Origin: Carcharhinus amblyrhynchos
Lineage: Eukaryota
Assembly: GCA_965287045.1 (NCBI GenBank)
Contig: OZ336870.1
Coordinates: 132,680,001-132,744,000, forward strand
Reading direction: 5' to 3'
DNA length: 64,000 nucleotides
Below, piece by piece: positions 28,128-39,059 of this stretch. The notes under the pieces were generated by a model that did no database searches, was not told the DNA's origin, and saw only the letters and a program-made list of their open reading frames with translations. The position numbers and the translations under genes are program-made. Within the stretch, counting starts at the first letter, position 1. Every line of letters begins with the position of its first letter.

Positions 28128-28146
28128 TTTGAGAACCCCTGCTCTA
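28128..28146. mobile_element. Possible hAT/Charlie-type terminal inverted repeat (one end only)
   Basis: tttgagaacccctgctcta is the reverse complement of tagagcaggggttctcaaa; the partner end was not found. Confidence 0.35.
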
Positions 28147-28192
28147 CCAGTTAGTCTTTCATTGAATTACATAGGTATTTTCCTCTAGAGTT

Positions 28193-28733
28193 ATAAGAAC
28201 ATAAGAACATAAGAAATAGGAGCAGGAGTAGGCCATCCAGCCCTTCGAGCCTGCCCCGCCATTCAGTAAGATCATGGCTGATCTGTCGCTGCTCAGTTCC
28301 ACTTTCCCGCCCTCTCCCTATAACCCTTAATCCCCTCTCCTATCAAAAACCCATCAACCCGCGTCTTAAAAATATTTAGCGAGGCAGCCTCCACCACTTC
28401 AACGGGCAGAGAATTCCAGAGATTCACCACCCTTTGAGTGAAGAAGTTCCTCCTCAACTCTGTTCTAAACCGCCCCCCTTTTATCTTGAGGCTGTGCCCC
28501 CTAGTCCTACTGTCTTTTTTGAGCAGGAAGAGTCTCTCCACCTCTATCCTATCCATCCCATTCATCATCTTATACGTATCAGTGAGATCTCCCCTCATTC
28601 TTCTAAACTCTAACGAGTACAAGCCCAGTTTATTCAGCCTCTCCTCATAGCTCAACCCCCTCAACTCCGGTATCAGCCTAGTAAACCTCCCCTGCACTCC
28701 CTCCAAGGCTAAAATATCTTTGCGCAGGTGCGG
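28193..28733 (-). mobile_element. CR1 LINE 3' end, young subfamily, copy 2
   Basis: Nearly identical to 2281-2892 and 39377-40022. Confidence 0.95.
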
Positions 28734-28967
28734 ATATGTCTTTAACATAATTTAACATAAGAGTTATGTCTTGGCTTCACAACTGCTGCAACAATGTAAA
28801 GAACATTACTAAATGATAAATCAGAAATGTGGTCCCTATTTCCATAAAACTCTTTGAATACATTTTTGCCTTTGAGAAATCAGTCTTTTAGGTAGAAACA
28901 CTTTAATTAAATCATAAATAGCAGCTTTCATAATGTATACTCCTGTGGTAACTGACAAATATTGCCT

Positions 28968-29194
28968 AGTAAAAAGTCTGACAACACCAGGTTTTAGTCC
29001 AACCGATTTATTTGATAGTAAACTCACAAGCTTTTGGGTTAGCCCCTTCGTCAGGTGACCTGTCATTCACCTGACAAAGGGGCTATCCCAAAAGCTTGTG
29101 AGTTTACTATCAAATAAATCGGTTGGACTAAAACCTGGTGTTGTCAGACTTTTTACTGCGTTTACCCCAGTCCAACGCCAGCATATCCACGTCA
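28968..29194. mobile_element. Penelope-derived hairpin element (91-bp inverted arms plus 37-bp tail) with 16-bp TSD
   Basis: Arms 28968-29058 and 29067-29157 pair at 89/91 positions. Direct repeat tgacaaatattgccta at 28953-28968 and 29195-29210. Confidence 0.92.
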
Positions 29195-29571
29195 TGACAA
29201 ATATTGCCTATGCAGAAACTATCTTGCTTAGGTTATATTATTGCATAAGAGCTTTAGAATGCATGTTGATTTTTTTTCTAACACAGTTATGATTTTCTCA
29301 GATGTATACATGTGGTAGTATTCAACGGCAGTTGACATCACTGACATTTTTCTGATGTACTTCAAAAGAATAAAATCTAATTTCCCAGTATACAGTTACA
29401 GAAATGCCATCTTAAGGGTAATACCTTGCTAAAGATAACCTTTGTTAAGCTATATAATGTCACGCATGGAGGGGAAACCTATAATTAATGAAGATTTAAC
29501 TTCAAACAAAATCTCTTTCCATTTAAAAAGGAAAGGTAATTATTCTTCTAAAAAGGAAATGGTGATTTTTT

Positions 29572-29905
29572 TTCAATGAAGAGGCTGTCGAAGCAGCTGG
29601 AAAAGCTGTGGATCGTGATTGTACCGATGACTGCATCGCGACTGAAGCTGTCAGACGAACTGTGGGTCCTGGCTGAAGCTGAGGGCTGCGCTGTGACTGG
29701 AGTTGGAAATGTTGTAGAACGTGACTGAATTTGCGTCGTGACTGGTGCTGGGAACCCAGATGTATAAATACCCATACCTATTTGTGTTCAGAAAGAAGCC
29801 TGGTAAATCACTGTTAGGTGCCAGATCTCTCCCAAAAGCTTTTGTAATAAAACTACTGTACTTTGACTCACTCACAGTCTCATAGGTGTCCTTTTACCAT
29901 CAACA
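29572..29905 (+). repeat. ERV 5' LTR (recognisable part; 5' boundary uncertain)
   Basis: Aligns to 37561-37871; TATAAATA at 29763, AATAAA at 29846, ends in ...CA. Confidence 0.9.
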
Positions 29906-29908
29906 ATT

Positions 29909-29926
29909 TGGTGCCGAAACCCAGGA
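29909..29926 (+). promoter_or_regulatory. Primer-binding site, tRNA-Phe
   Basis: tggtgccgaaacccagga, 17/18 match to the complement of the vertebrate tRNA-Phe 3' end (TGGTGCCGAAACCCGGGA), 3 nt after the LTR. Confidence 0.9.
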
Positions 29927-30379
29927 TTCTGTTTGCGGGTCCAGTTGAATGGCCACAACTGGGGCACTGGAATAAAATATTGAACTTAATAGTGTGAGTC
30001 AAACTACAGTGGATGATCATCTGTAATGAGAGACTGTGAGAGTGAAAGACGTCTGAACTAAAAATATACAGACAAGGAGGCATTAACAGCCTTAGATCGG
30101 TTGTTAAGAGGGGAAATCCCCCATGCGAAGGTCAGGAGTTGAAGTGGCTGTATAGACTGGAGAAAGAGATGCCTGGAATGTGATGTTCAGACGTGAGTAA
30201 GAAAGAGACTGTCTGAGTGATTGCCGGAGTAGAAGGAAAAGCCGGCTTGATAGTGTAAGCTTACTAGTGTAAATGGTGGTACGGAGGGATCTGATCACCT
30301 CTGACAGGTATCACCGGACTCCGATAAGAGCAACCTAGGAAGGGGAGAGCGGGAAGGGAGAATAGAAGACTCCAGGTGG

Positions 30380-31694
30380 TGAGTATAAGCTTAGCTGTAT
30401 TATATCGGGATCACAAGGACAGTGGGTACCCCCGGGATCCCGGATTTATGAATGTATGACTGAGAGGGACAGATTCATTACACAGATGAGAAAAAGGGGC
30501 TGAGACTCATCTCACCTGTTAGACCAATAACGAGAATGGTTGAAAAAAGAAAAGAAAGACAGAACTAAGAAAATTGGAGTTCTTAGTTCACCAATTGGCC
30601 AGATTAATTGAACAAGTCTCAGCCTTGGGTAAGAAATGGGCTGATGACAAAGCAAAAATCAAAATGTTGGAATCACGCAATAGAGAACTAGAAAAGAGAA
30701 ACCAAATTTTAGAGGACCCCCAGCTGAGGATCTTTGCCTCCCTGTGGGTCAGCCTTAAAACCCATGGCACCCGTAGGAGACTTCGACCCGATGAGGAGGA
30801 GGTCTGATCTCGCTCCCATAACTCGGGGCGGGACATTATAGAATCCCACTGCCCGATACAAACTCTTTACCCCAGGAGAAAGACAACAAGTTTTGGCATC
30901 CCTGGGAAGGCTTCAGCCCCGGAGTAACAACAGCAAATTTTGGGCAGAACTGGACACCATTTGGGTTGGACACCAGTTACACTTGCAGGATATACACCAG
31001 TTGGTACAGGCTGTTTGTCCAAAGGACAAGTGGAGACTAATGGGTGATGGAGCGGGCCAGAATAACACCGCCGACCAAGCTCAGTTAGATTACCGAGACG
31101 GAAGGTGGACGTATGCGATAGAGGCAAATGCCAAGATCGAGGCAATGGTGGAACCGTTTAATTGCTTTAAGACGGAAATCCAACGAGTCTTGGGCAATGC
31201 ACCAACCAACTGGTCCAGAATTACCAATACTAAACAACAAAGGGGTGAAGGAGTCTCCGAATTTGGGGAGCGACTCTTTAAAGTATATCAAGAATGTTCG
31301 GGAATGCCCGAACAAATAGAGCCTTTTTACAAGCATTTAAAGATGGGCTGTCGCCAGCTCCCCCAAAAAATCATTAAAATGGGAGTTCTTAGTACCCAGA
31401 ACTATGATGAATTCGTGGAATGGGCTTCTGGGATTAAGGACCAGATGATAAATAATACCCAAGAATAAAGCAGAAGCATGTACTCTTAACTAATGGGATC
31501 AAGCCTAAGGGGACGTCATAATTGTGGGAAGCCAGGACATTTCACCCTGGACTGTAGGGCCCCAAAGTGGGGGTAAGAGGAAAATGTTTACATGCCAATT
31601 TTGCAAGAAGGATGGCCACACAGAGGCCACTTGTTGGAGCAAATATAGATGACCTAGTCAGGCTTCCCCCACCATCATGGAAGGGGTAAACTGA
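30380..31694 (+). pseudogene. gag: ERV gag (disrupted; start approximate)
   Basis: MHR-like KQQRGEGVSEFGERL; zinc knuckles (R/C)HNCGKPGHFTLDC and CQFCKKDGHTEATC; ends GGG GTA AAC TGA. Confidence 0.85.
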
Positions 31695-32060
31695 AAGGGA
31701 CAGCCCCCGCATGTTTGGGTAAGAAGGAGGGTAGAATCTATGTGCCTGCACTAGTAGTAACGGGCTGACAATGTGAAATGCTGGTGGACACAGGAGCCTC
31801 CATGTCTATCACTGACCTACCTTTACCCATCACTAATAAAATGATCTATGTAAGTGGAATTAACAGGTGGAAGACTCCTGCCTACGTAAGCGAAACTGTA
31901 GAAATTAATAACCTGTACATAACTATGCGATTTTATCTTTGTAAAAATAATGAGGGAACTATTATGAGAGATGACCTGATGAAGGAATACAAAGTCTTCA
32001 TAGATTGTGGGAAGGGCAAATTGATTTGACTCCGCCCTGACGGGAGAAAAGACAGGGTAG
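31688..32060 (+). pseudogene. pro: ERV aspartic protease
   Basis: MLVDTGAS active site; later IMRDDL corresponds to the ILGRD motif. Confidence 0.88.
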
Positions 32061-35000
32061 GAACATATGTAAACCATCTGCAATAGGACACGACTGGCAG
32101 TTAGAAGGTAATGGATTTGGCACCATTTGTGCCTCAGTTCCAGGGGTCTGGGCAAAAACTAAACTAGATACTGGGCTAATTAAAATGGACCCCATCTTAG
32201 TGGAAGGCTTGGAGCGTAAACTTCACCGACCATATCTGATTAAGTCCGAAGCCAAGAGGGCGGATGAAGAAATCGTGAAGGAATTGGTGAAAAAAGGGAT
32301 CCTGCGGGAGACTACTAGTACCACTAACTCACTAACTTGGCCGGTGTCCAAACTGGATGGGAGTTACCAATTAACCATTGATTAAATAAAGTAACTCCTA
32401 AACTAATCCCAGCTGCACCACTGTCCTAAACAGATTGTCACCATCCCATGAAATTTTTATGGTATTAGACATTGCCAGTGGTTTTTGGTCCATCCCTTTG
32501 GATTTTAATTCACAGGATAAATTTGCTTTCACAGTAGGTGATAAGCAGTATACATGGACTAGGCTCCCTCAGGGATTCCATAACAGCCCAGCCATATTCC
32601 ACCGGGTAATGAGTTAGATACTGGAACAAGTGGAGCTCCCGGACGGGAGTACAATTTTACAGTACATAGATGACTTCTTGATAGCTTCTGAAACTAAAGC
32701 AGAACATCAGACGTCACTATACTCGGTCTTGAAGCACTTGGAAGATCAAGGACTAAAGGCAAACCCAAAAAAGGCCCAAATAAGAAAACCACAAGTATTA
32801 TATTTGGGACACTTAATATCCAGAGGGATCAAGAAAATGCCCGTAGACAGGAAAACGGCGATGCAACAAATGCCAAAGGCAGTAACTGAACGAGGAGTGA
32901 GTAAGGTTTTGGGATTGTTTAATTACAGCCGCAACTTCATACCAGAATATGAAAAACTAGTTGAGCTAATCCAAAGGCTGTTAAAAGGGGGGAAACCTGC
33001 TTTGGAAACTGTGGATCAGAACAGGAAGAAGCATATAGTAACCTAAAGGTAGGATTAATGTTGGCCCCATGACTTGTGTTACCAGACGCTAGTAAAGATT
33101 TTCATATCTATTGTAACAATGAAGGAGGGTTCTATTCAGCAATAGTAACCCAAACCCATAACGTGGAATAATAACCCAGCTGGTGGGTTATTATGCCACA
33201 GTGGAGGGCCCCATAGTAACCCGGATGTGTAGCCGCACTGGATTGTGCAGCATGGGCAGTAAAAGTCAGCAAACCCATTGTAATGACAGGAAATAAAGTC
33301 TTGCACACCAAACATACCTTAGTGGAAATGTTAAATGCAGGAAAGTTATGGTCTGTCTCAAATATAAGAGCGAAGTGGGAGGCAGTACTACTTTCCCCCT
33401 TTAAGTCTATCACCATCGTACAAGACGGGAGAGAACCCTGCCGAAGGAATGTTAGGTGAAGGAAAACCACACACATGCAGCAATGTAGACGAGGAGATAG
33501 AGGAAAATAAAATAAAGCATGTGCCTTTGGAGGCACCAGAGGAGACCATGGTTGTGGATGGTCACAGAATTATGTAGATTGGTCACTGCGAATGGGATGG
33601 GCGGTGGTAAAACACAGACTTGCATGTGGTCCGAGCCGGAAGGATAGAGGGAGGTATGTCAGCACAAGTGGCAGAGCTAGTGACCTTGATCCAGGCTTTT
33701 ACTGAGGCAGCAGGGAGAAAGGTCAACATTTACAGCAACAGTAGATATACATTTGGAATTGTGCATGACTATATGACTGTTTGGGGAAGAAGGGGATTTG
33801 TTACAAATGGAGGCACTCCAGTCAAGCATGGACAGATAATGGAAGCCTTATTGGATGCCAGTGAGCTCCCATTGGAAGCAGCGGTATTGTAAGTAAAGGC
33901 ACACCAAAAAGAACCAGATAAGCAAAGCCGTGAATGGTATATTTTTAAGGGAAATCGGGCAGCCAACAAAGCGGCACGATCAGCTTTAGAAATGGGAGAA
34001 GTGCAGGCTGTGTCAGCTGCCTCGGTTTAAGTTGAACCCCCGATAGACATCTCGCAGCTACATGCTGACACACCTGAAGAAGAACACGCAAGGTGGAAAG
34101 CACAAGGAGCTATGCCTGATGAAAAGGGCGTATGGAGACTAAATGTTTTAGCACCAGAATGTGTCCAGCACGCTTGATGTGGTTACGTCATGAAGTGGCT
34201 CATGTGGGAAGGGATACCATGCCGACCAGTATAGGAAAGGAGTGGTGGTGGAAAGGAATGGGATGGGACATTGCACGATATTGTCATTGGTGTGTAACTT
34301 GTGCCCAGTATAACCCAGGGAGCCTGTAAAAATCAGGATCAGGTACCAGCCTCGCCCTAAGGATCCCTGGGAACATCTACAAATTGACTTTACAGGACCA
34401 TTTCCTCAGTCACACGGGAGAACCTACTGCTTGGTGGTAACTGATCAAATCACCAGATGGGTAGAGGCGTTCCCGACTAAAATTGTTCAGCCACTATGGT
34501 GGCGTGAGTATTAGCTGAGGAAGGTGGGGGGGCGGTACCATTACAAATAGACTCTGATCAAGGCACACATTTCACGGGGAGGGAGTAAAAACCATTTGTC
34601 AACTGATGGGGATAAAACAGAAATTTCACATACCTTACTACCCTCAAAGTTCGGGAATGATAGAGTGTATGAATAGAACAAAGGCCATGCAGGATTCAGG
34701 AAAAAGATGAACTGAGGTGTTGTCCGCCATATCAATGAAACTCAGAGTCACTACGAATCGAACCACTGGGCTGACACCATATGAACTAATGATCAGAAGG
34801 GCTAAGCAACTGCCCGAGTCCATTATTACTGGTGGGGCAGATGTAGGCCCATTACGGGATAGGATTAGATGATATGTTTTAGAACTAAGCGCCCAACTGA
34901 AGGATATGCAAAAAACAGTAAGGGAACACCAAGTAGTGAAGGATAAGCAAAATGAGCTGGAACAGATCCCTGAGGTACCCCCGGTGGGCAGCAAAGTTAT

Positions 35001-35150
35001 GGTGAAGATGTTACCTGGAAAGCCTGGGTTTGCCCCCAAATGGAATGGCCCTTATGAAGTCATAATTAGTGGCGATACTTGTGCTTGCGAAGATATGCAA
35101 GGCAGGGGCATCTGGAAACATTGGATTCAGTTGAAAGAATATACCAGTGC
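32060..35150 (+). pseudogene. pol: ERV pol: RT, tether, RNase H, integrase (frameshifted, with stops)
   Basis: LDIASGFWSIPL...YTWTRLPQGFHNSP, QYIDD (~32663), RNase H SAQVAELVTL...VNIYSNSRY, integrase HxxxHxG...CxxCxxC, WEHLQIDF, and the GPY/F module PKWNGPYEV. Confidence 0.93.
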
Positions 35151-36218
35151 CAATTTCAAAAAAAATTATGTAATGTGCTCAATTCATAGATACGTGAGAT
35201 GGTTGACCTCTAAGCAAGTCGATTGGGTTCGTGGGAAGTTGCGCATGGGCCTTATAGCTTTTGAACCATTGTATAACAGTCGCACAGGTTATAATTAAGT
35301 GATAAAATGATTCTTTTGCTGCTTCTCATGACCCTTGCCCTGACAGTTACAGAGGGAAAATATAGGTGGAATTGTGTAGACTTGGGGACAGAGCATCACA
35401 AGCATCGATGTAACAATGATCCTATCTATTGTAACCTTCCGACACATGGAATAGGCCCCTGGGAGGTAACCCGTAGGAACCGCTTCTTGGAATTCCTTAA
35501 CCATGTTGTCAACTCTGTTAGAGGGGCGTAGTGTTTGGCGTCTCCCATGCAATGTAACTTGGTGTAGCTGGAATTGGAAATTCCAGCTACATTTAGCTAC
35601 CAGAATGGACCTCTGCTCTGCAACAGGGTTCGGAGGGGGGGGGATGAGTACATCAACACAAGATTTGGCTGATCCAAGCGATCATTATACCAACCCTTTA
35701 AAATCAGACCCCATCACGTAAACGCTTTTGTGTATATGTCTAACTTGTATGCATTACAGTCAAATTGGAATAAGTGGTGGGTCTGCTCACACACTCCCAC
35801 ATATGGAGACAAGAGGGGAAGTACTTTATTCCCTATCCCTTTGTCAACTTTGGAAATGGTAGAATGGATTTTAAATCAGAATGGAACCCAGGACGGGACA
35901 AGGAAAGTGACATTTAAAACCCCATCAGGCAGCACAATGCAAGGTACCTTCAATGTCAGTGACATTGATGCTTTTTTGGGATTAGGCAGAAGGTGCACTC
36001 TATCAGCTTTTAAGAACCATTACTAGCCTAGCTATAATAGATCAGACTCTCCTCCCCACTTCGTTGTGAAAAACCAACAAAGGGGATCTATCTGCTTGGT
36101 AAGAAACGGAACCTTACCTGTTGGCCATAGCTGCTGTACTCAGCAGGTTAATGTCACCAATGATGCCTGGACTTTGGAGCAACAACTTAGAATCCATTCT
36201 CTCTCTTCCTCCCCCCCC

Positions 36219-36219
36219 C

Positions 36220-36261
<42 letters not shown>
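36219..36261. repeat. (CA)n microsatellite inside env SU
   Basis: CA run preceded by poly-C. Confidence 0.97.
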
Positions 36262-36262
<1 letters not shown>

Positions 36263-37088
36263 CCGCTGTCCCGGTCAACCGCTCCTCACTGCATATAATG
36301 GTTCCTATTTTGTTTGTGGAAACAATACCTACCCATGGCTTCCATAGGATTGGGCAGGATCATGTTTTTTAGTACATGTGGTGCCCTGTATTCACCATTA
36401 CACTGACTTACGGGACCACACTGAAATACACCTGCTTAGAGCTAAGCGAGCCATTAGTGAGACAGCACAGTTCTTCATGATAGCCTACCCACCTTATGGG
36501 TCAGCAAAAGCGGCTCAGGAATGTATACATATGGCCTTGACCTTAGAGAGGATTACAAATGAAACCAGAATCAGGTTCGAGGAAATAAGCACCGCCTCTT
36601 CTGAGGTATCAGCCGAGGTTGTAACTATCCGGACTGTTGCTTTACAGGACCAATTGGCACTCGCTTATGTGTTAGCTTCCCAGGGAGGAACGTGCGCTAT
36701 AATTGGATCTGAATGCTGCACGTATACTCCAGACGATTCGGAAAATGTAACTCATTTGGCAGATTGTATCAAATGAGTAGCGAAGACAACACAAGTTGAA
36801 GGAAGCCAATATCTTAATTATAATCCTCCGGGATGGCTGGGGCAATGGTTCGGGTCGTGAGGATCATACTTGATGTGTGGGTTGATTATATTAATTGTCA
36901 TTGTTATCGCTTGTTGTGTTTGTATGGCATTATTGAATGCTTGTTGCAAAATGGTAACAGCCCAAATTACGCTGAGTGCAAGTATACAGGCAGAAAGGGC
37001 ACACTTCTTACGAAGGAGATAGGCCCATATGCTGGTAACATTTGGTTCTGAATTGGTCATGGCGCCATGCTTGGACCTGGCCATGACC

Positions 37089-37100
37089 AAAAGGGGGAAC
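37089..37100 (+). promoter_or_regulatory. Polypurine tract
   Basis: aaaagggggaac immediately before the TG at 37101. Confidence 0.85.
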
Positions 37101-37871
37101 TGAAGAAGGGAAAGGGTTAATGAATTTGTACCTAGCATAAGTCACAAACATAAGCCTTCCTCATGGCTGATCTCCTCAAACATATACTGCTTCTGGCATC
37201 AATATAAATTATTTATTCATGTTTTCCTTACTTGTTCATGTCTTTCATCCTTTAACTTGGATTTCCATAAAGATGAATAGTTAAATGTCAATGTTATTTT
37301 ACAGACATTGCAAACCTTACCTGTTTATAGAACATATAGAACATAGAACATTACAGTGCAGAACAGGCCCTTCGGCCCACGATGTTGTGCTGACCAGTTA
37401 AAAAACAATGACCCTCTAACCTAAACCAATCCCTTTTCATCCATAAACCTAACCACGGATCTACTAGCTAAACTTAGTTAAACAACTGCAGATGGTAAAG
37501 TGCGATAACAGCTATTTGACAGGAGGACTCCTGCTGGGAAGCCGTGACCACACAAGTTACTTCAATGAAGAAGCTGCCAGAAAAGCTGTGGATCGTGATT
37601 GTATCGATGACTGCATCGTCACTGAAGCTGCCAGACGAACTGTGGGTCCTGGTTGAAGCTGGGGACTGTATCGTGACTGGAGTTGGAAGCGTTGTGGATC
37701 CTGACTGGTGCTGGGAACCATGGTGTATATATAAATACCCACACTTATTTGTGTTCAGTGAGAAGCCTAGTAAACTGCTGTAAGGTGCCAGATCTCTCCC
37801 AAAAGATTTTGTAATAAAACTTTGTACTTTGACTCACTAACAGCCTCAGAGGTGTCCTTTTACTTAGAACA
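37101..37871 (+). repeat. ERV 3' LTR (TG...CA), with a CR1/SINE tail fragment at ~37328-37400
   Basis: Starts TG after the PPT; TATAAATA at 37730, AATAAA at 37813; ends ...gaaCA. Confidence 0.88.
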
Positions 37872-38384
37872 AGTGTCACCTCTTGTAACATAGGTATAGG
37901 GCATGGCAGCCTTTGGAACCAGCACTGGAAAAGAGCCACATTAACCAGTTGCAATGTTTGCCAATATCAGAGATTATGGCCAATGGTCTGATCTGAAAAA
38001 TGGGACAGACATGAAAAAGGATAGATCTTCAATATAAATAAAAAACTACAAAGAAGCAGCAAAGATGCATATCGCTGCAATTTCAGGTTCCCTCATCTGA
38101 CCAGAATCGTCATTTCTACATGCTTTTGTTTTGTGGTGCATTTTTATTGTATGTACTACTCTAGTCTGATAGTGATCTGGGTCACTACCAGTGACCTCTA
38201 AATAAAGTGCACTTACAAATAATATATCATTCTTGAAGACTGTATATTTTGCAAAAAAAACTAAGGAACTCAGAAGCTGGAGTAGGAGAATATGTACTTA
38301 CTAACAGCCTATACTCACACATAGGTGGTCAATTGAGGATTGAAAATTTCTTTAGATCTATGTCAGAATGTACATAATGTAGTG

Positions 38385-38760
38385 GTTTGCACCACCTCAG
38401 GACGTCCCATTAGTTTACTTTTTGAAGTGTTGTCACTGTTGTCATGGGAAATACAGCAACCGATTTTCCATAGCAGTATCCTACAAACAGTATTGAAATA
38501 AATGACTAGATAATCAGTTTGGCTGACAAATGAAATTTATCCACCATACCAGGCGAACCTTTGGTATTGGTACTGGATTGTTTACATCCATTAGGGAACA
38601 GAAAGTGTCACAGATTAACATCTTTCTGGAAAGATTGCACCTCAGATTACGTTGTATTCCCTCAGCGTTTTGAAATGTAAACCTAGATTATCTGCTCATT
38701 TCTGCTTGACCCACCGAACTTCTAACTTGTAGACAATTACTACCGATGAGCTTAGATTGA
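38385..38760 (-). mobile_element. Old Deu-domain SINE
   Basis: cctcaggacgtccca...tttttgaagtgttgtcactgttgtcatgggaaa...; reverse homologue of 14630-14978. A further tail fragment lies at 52835-52925. Confidence 0.6.
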
Positions 38761-39059
38761 ACTGAATCCATCAGTTAAATAAAGAATATCATGAATACTT
38801 GGCTTCCTGTATGGTGAGTGAGAAGATGGGCTGTCCCAATACTTAGATTGTCTCGTCCAAAATGGTATCAGTTCCAAATGGTGGATAAAATGGCTTCAGA
38901 CAAGAAAAGACAGAGATCACATGACTATGGAAAGCTACAGTACACAAAGGCACTTCTCTAACTATCCCCCTTCTCAAAAAAAATGATTTGCATACGCTAT
39001 AATTTGCAGTTGCAACTCACATAATGCCTAGTCTACAAGGAAAATCATCACGCGTGAAC

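Larger units (their letters stand above)
35307..37103 (+). pseudogene. env: ERV env, gamma-type (SU-TM)
   Basis: Signal peptide MILLLLLMTLALTVTEG; (W/C)WVC; furin site RAKR (36438-36449); ISD LQDQLALAYVLASQGGT; CAIIGSECC (CX6CC); TM anchor GLIILIVIVIACCVCMALL; final in-frame TGA at 37101-37103. Confidence 0.92.
29572..37871 (+). mobile_element. Endogenous retrovirus provirus, near full length, decayed
   Basis: Paired LTR homology, PBS, gag/pro/pol/env motifs in order, PPT. Confidence 0.96.

Noticed and set aside
28968-29157. Hairpin as a microRNA gene or DNA-transposon MITE
   Set aside because: The arms match a Penelope terminus, and the 16-bp TSD with an asymmetric tail fits retroposition.
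32000-37000. APOBEC-type G-to-A hypermutation of the provirus
   Set aside because: Some stops look like TGG>TGA but others look like CGA>TGA or CAG>TAG; this cannot be separated from neutral decay without a consensus.
35307-37103. Domesticated (syncytin-like) env gene
   Set aside because: Multiple stops and frameshifts; not an intact ORF.
38863-38875. tggtatcag as a tRNA-Met PBS
   Set aside because: Only 9 nt match, it is on the opposite strand to the Gypsy element, and no LTR or gag adjoins it.
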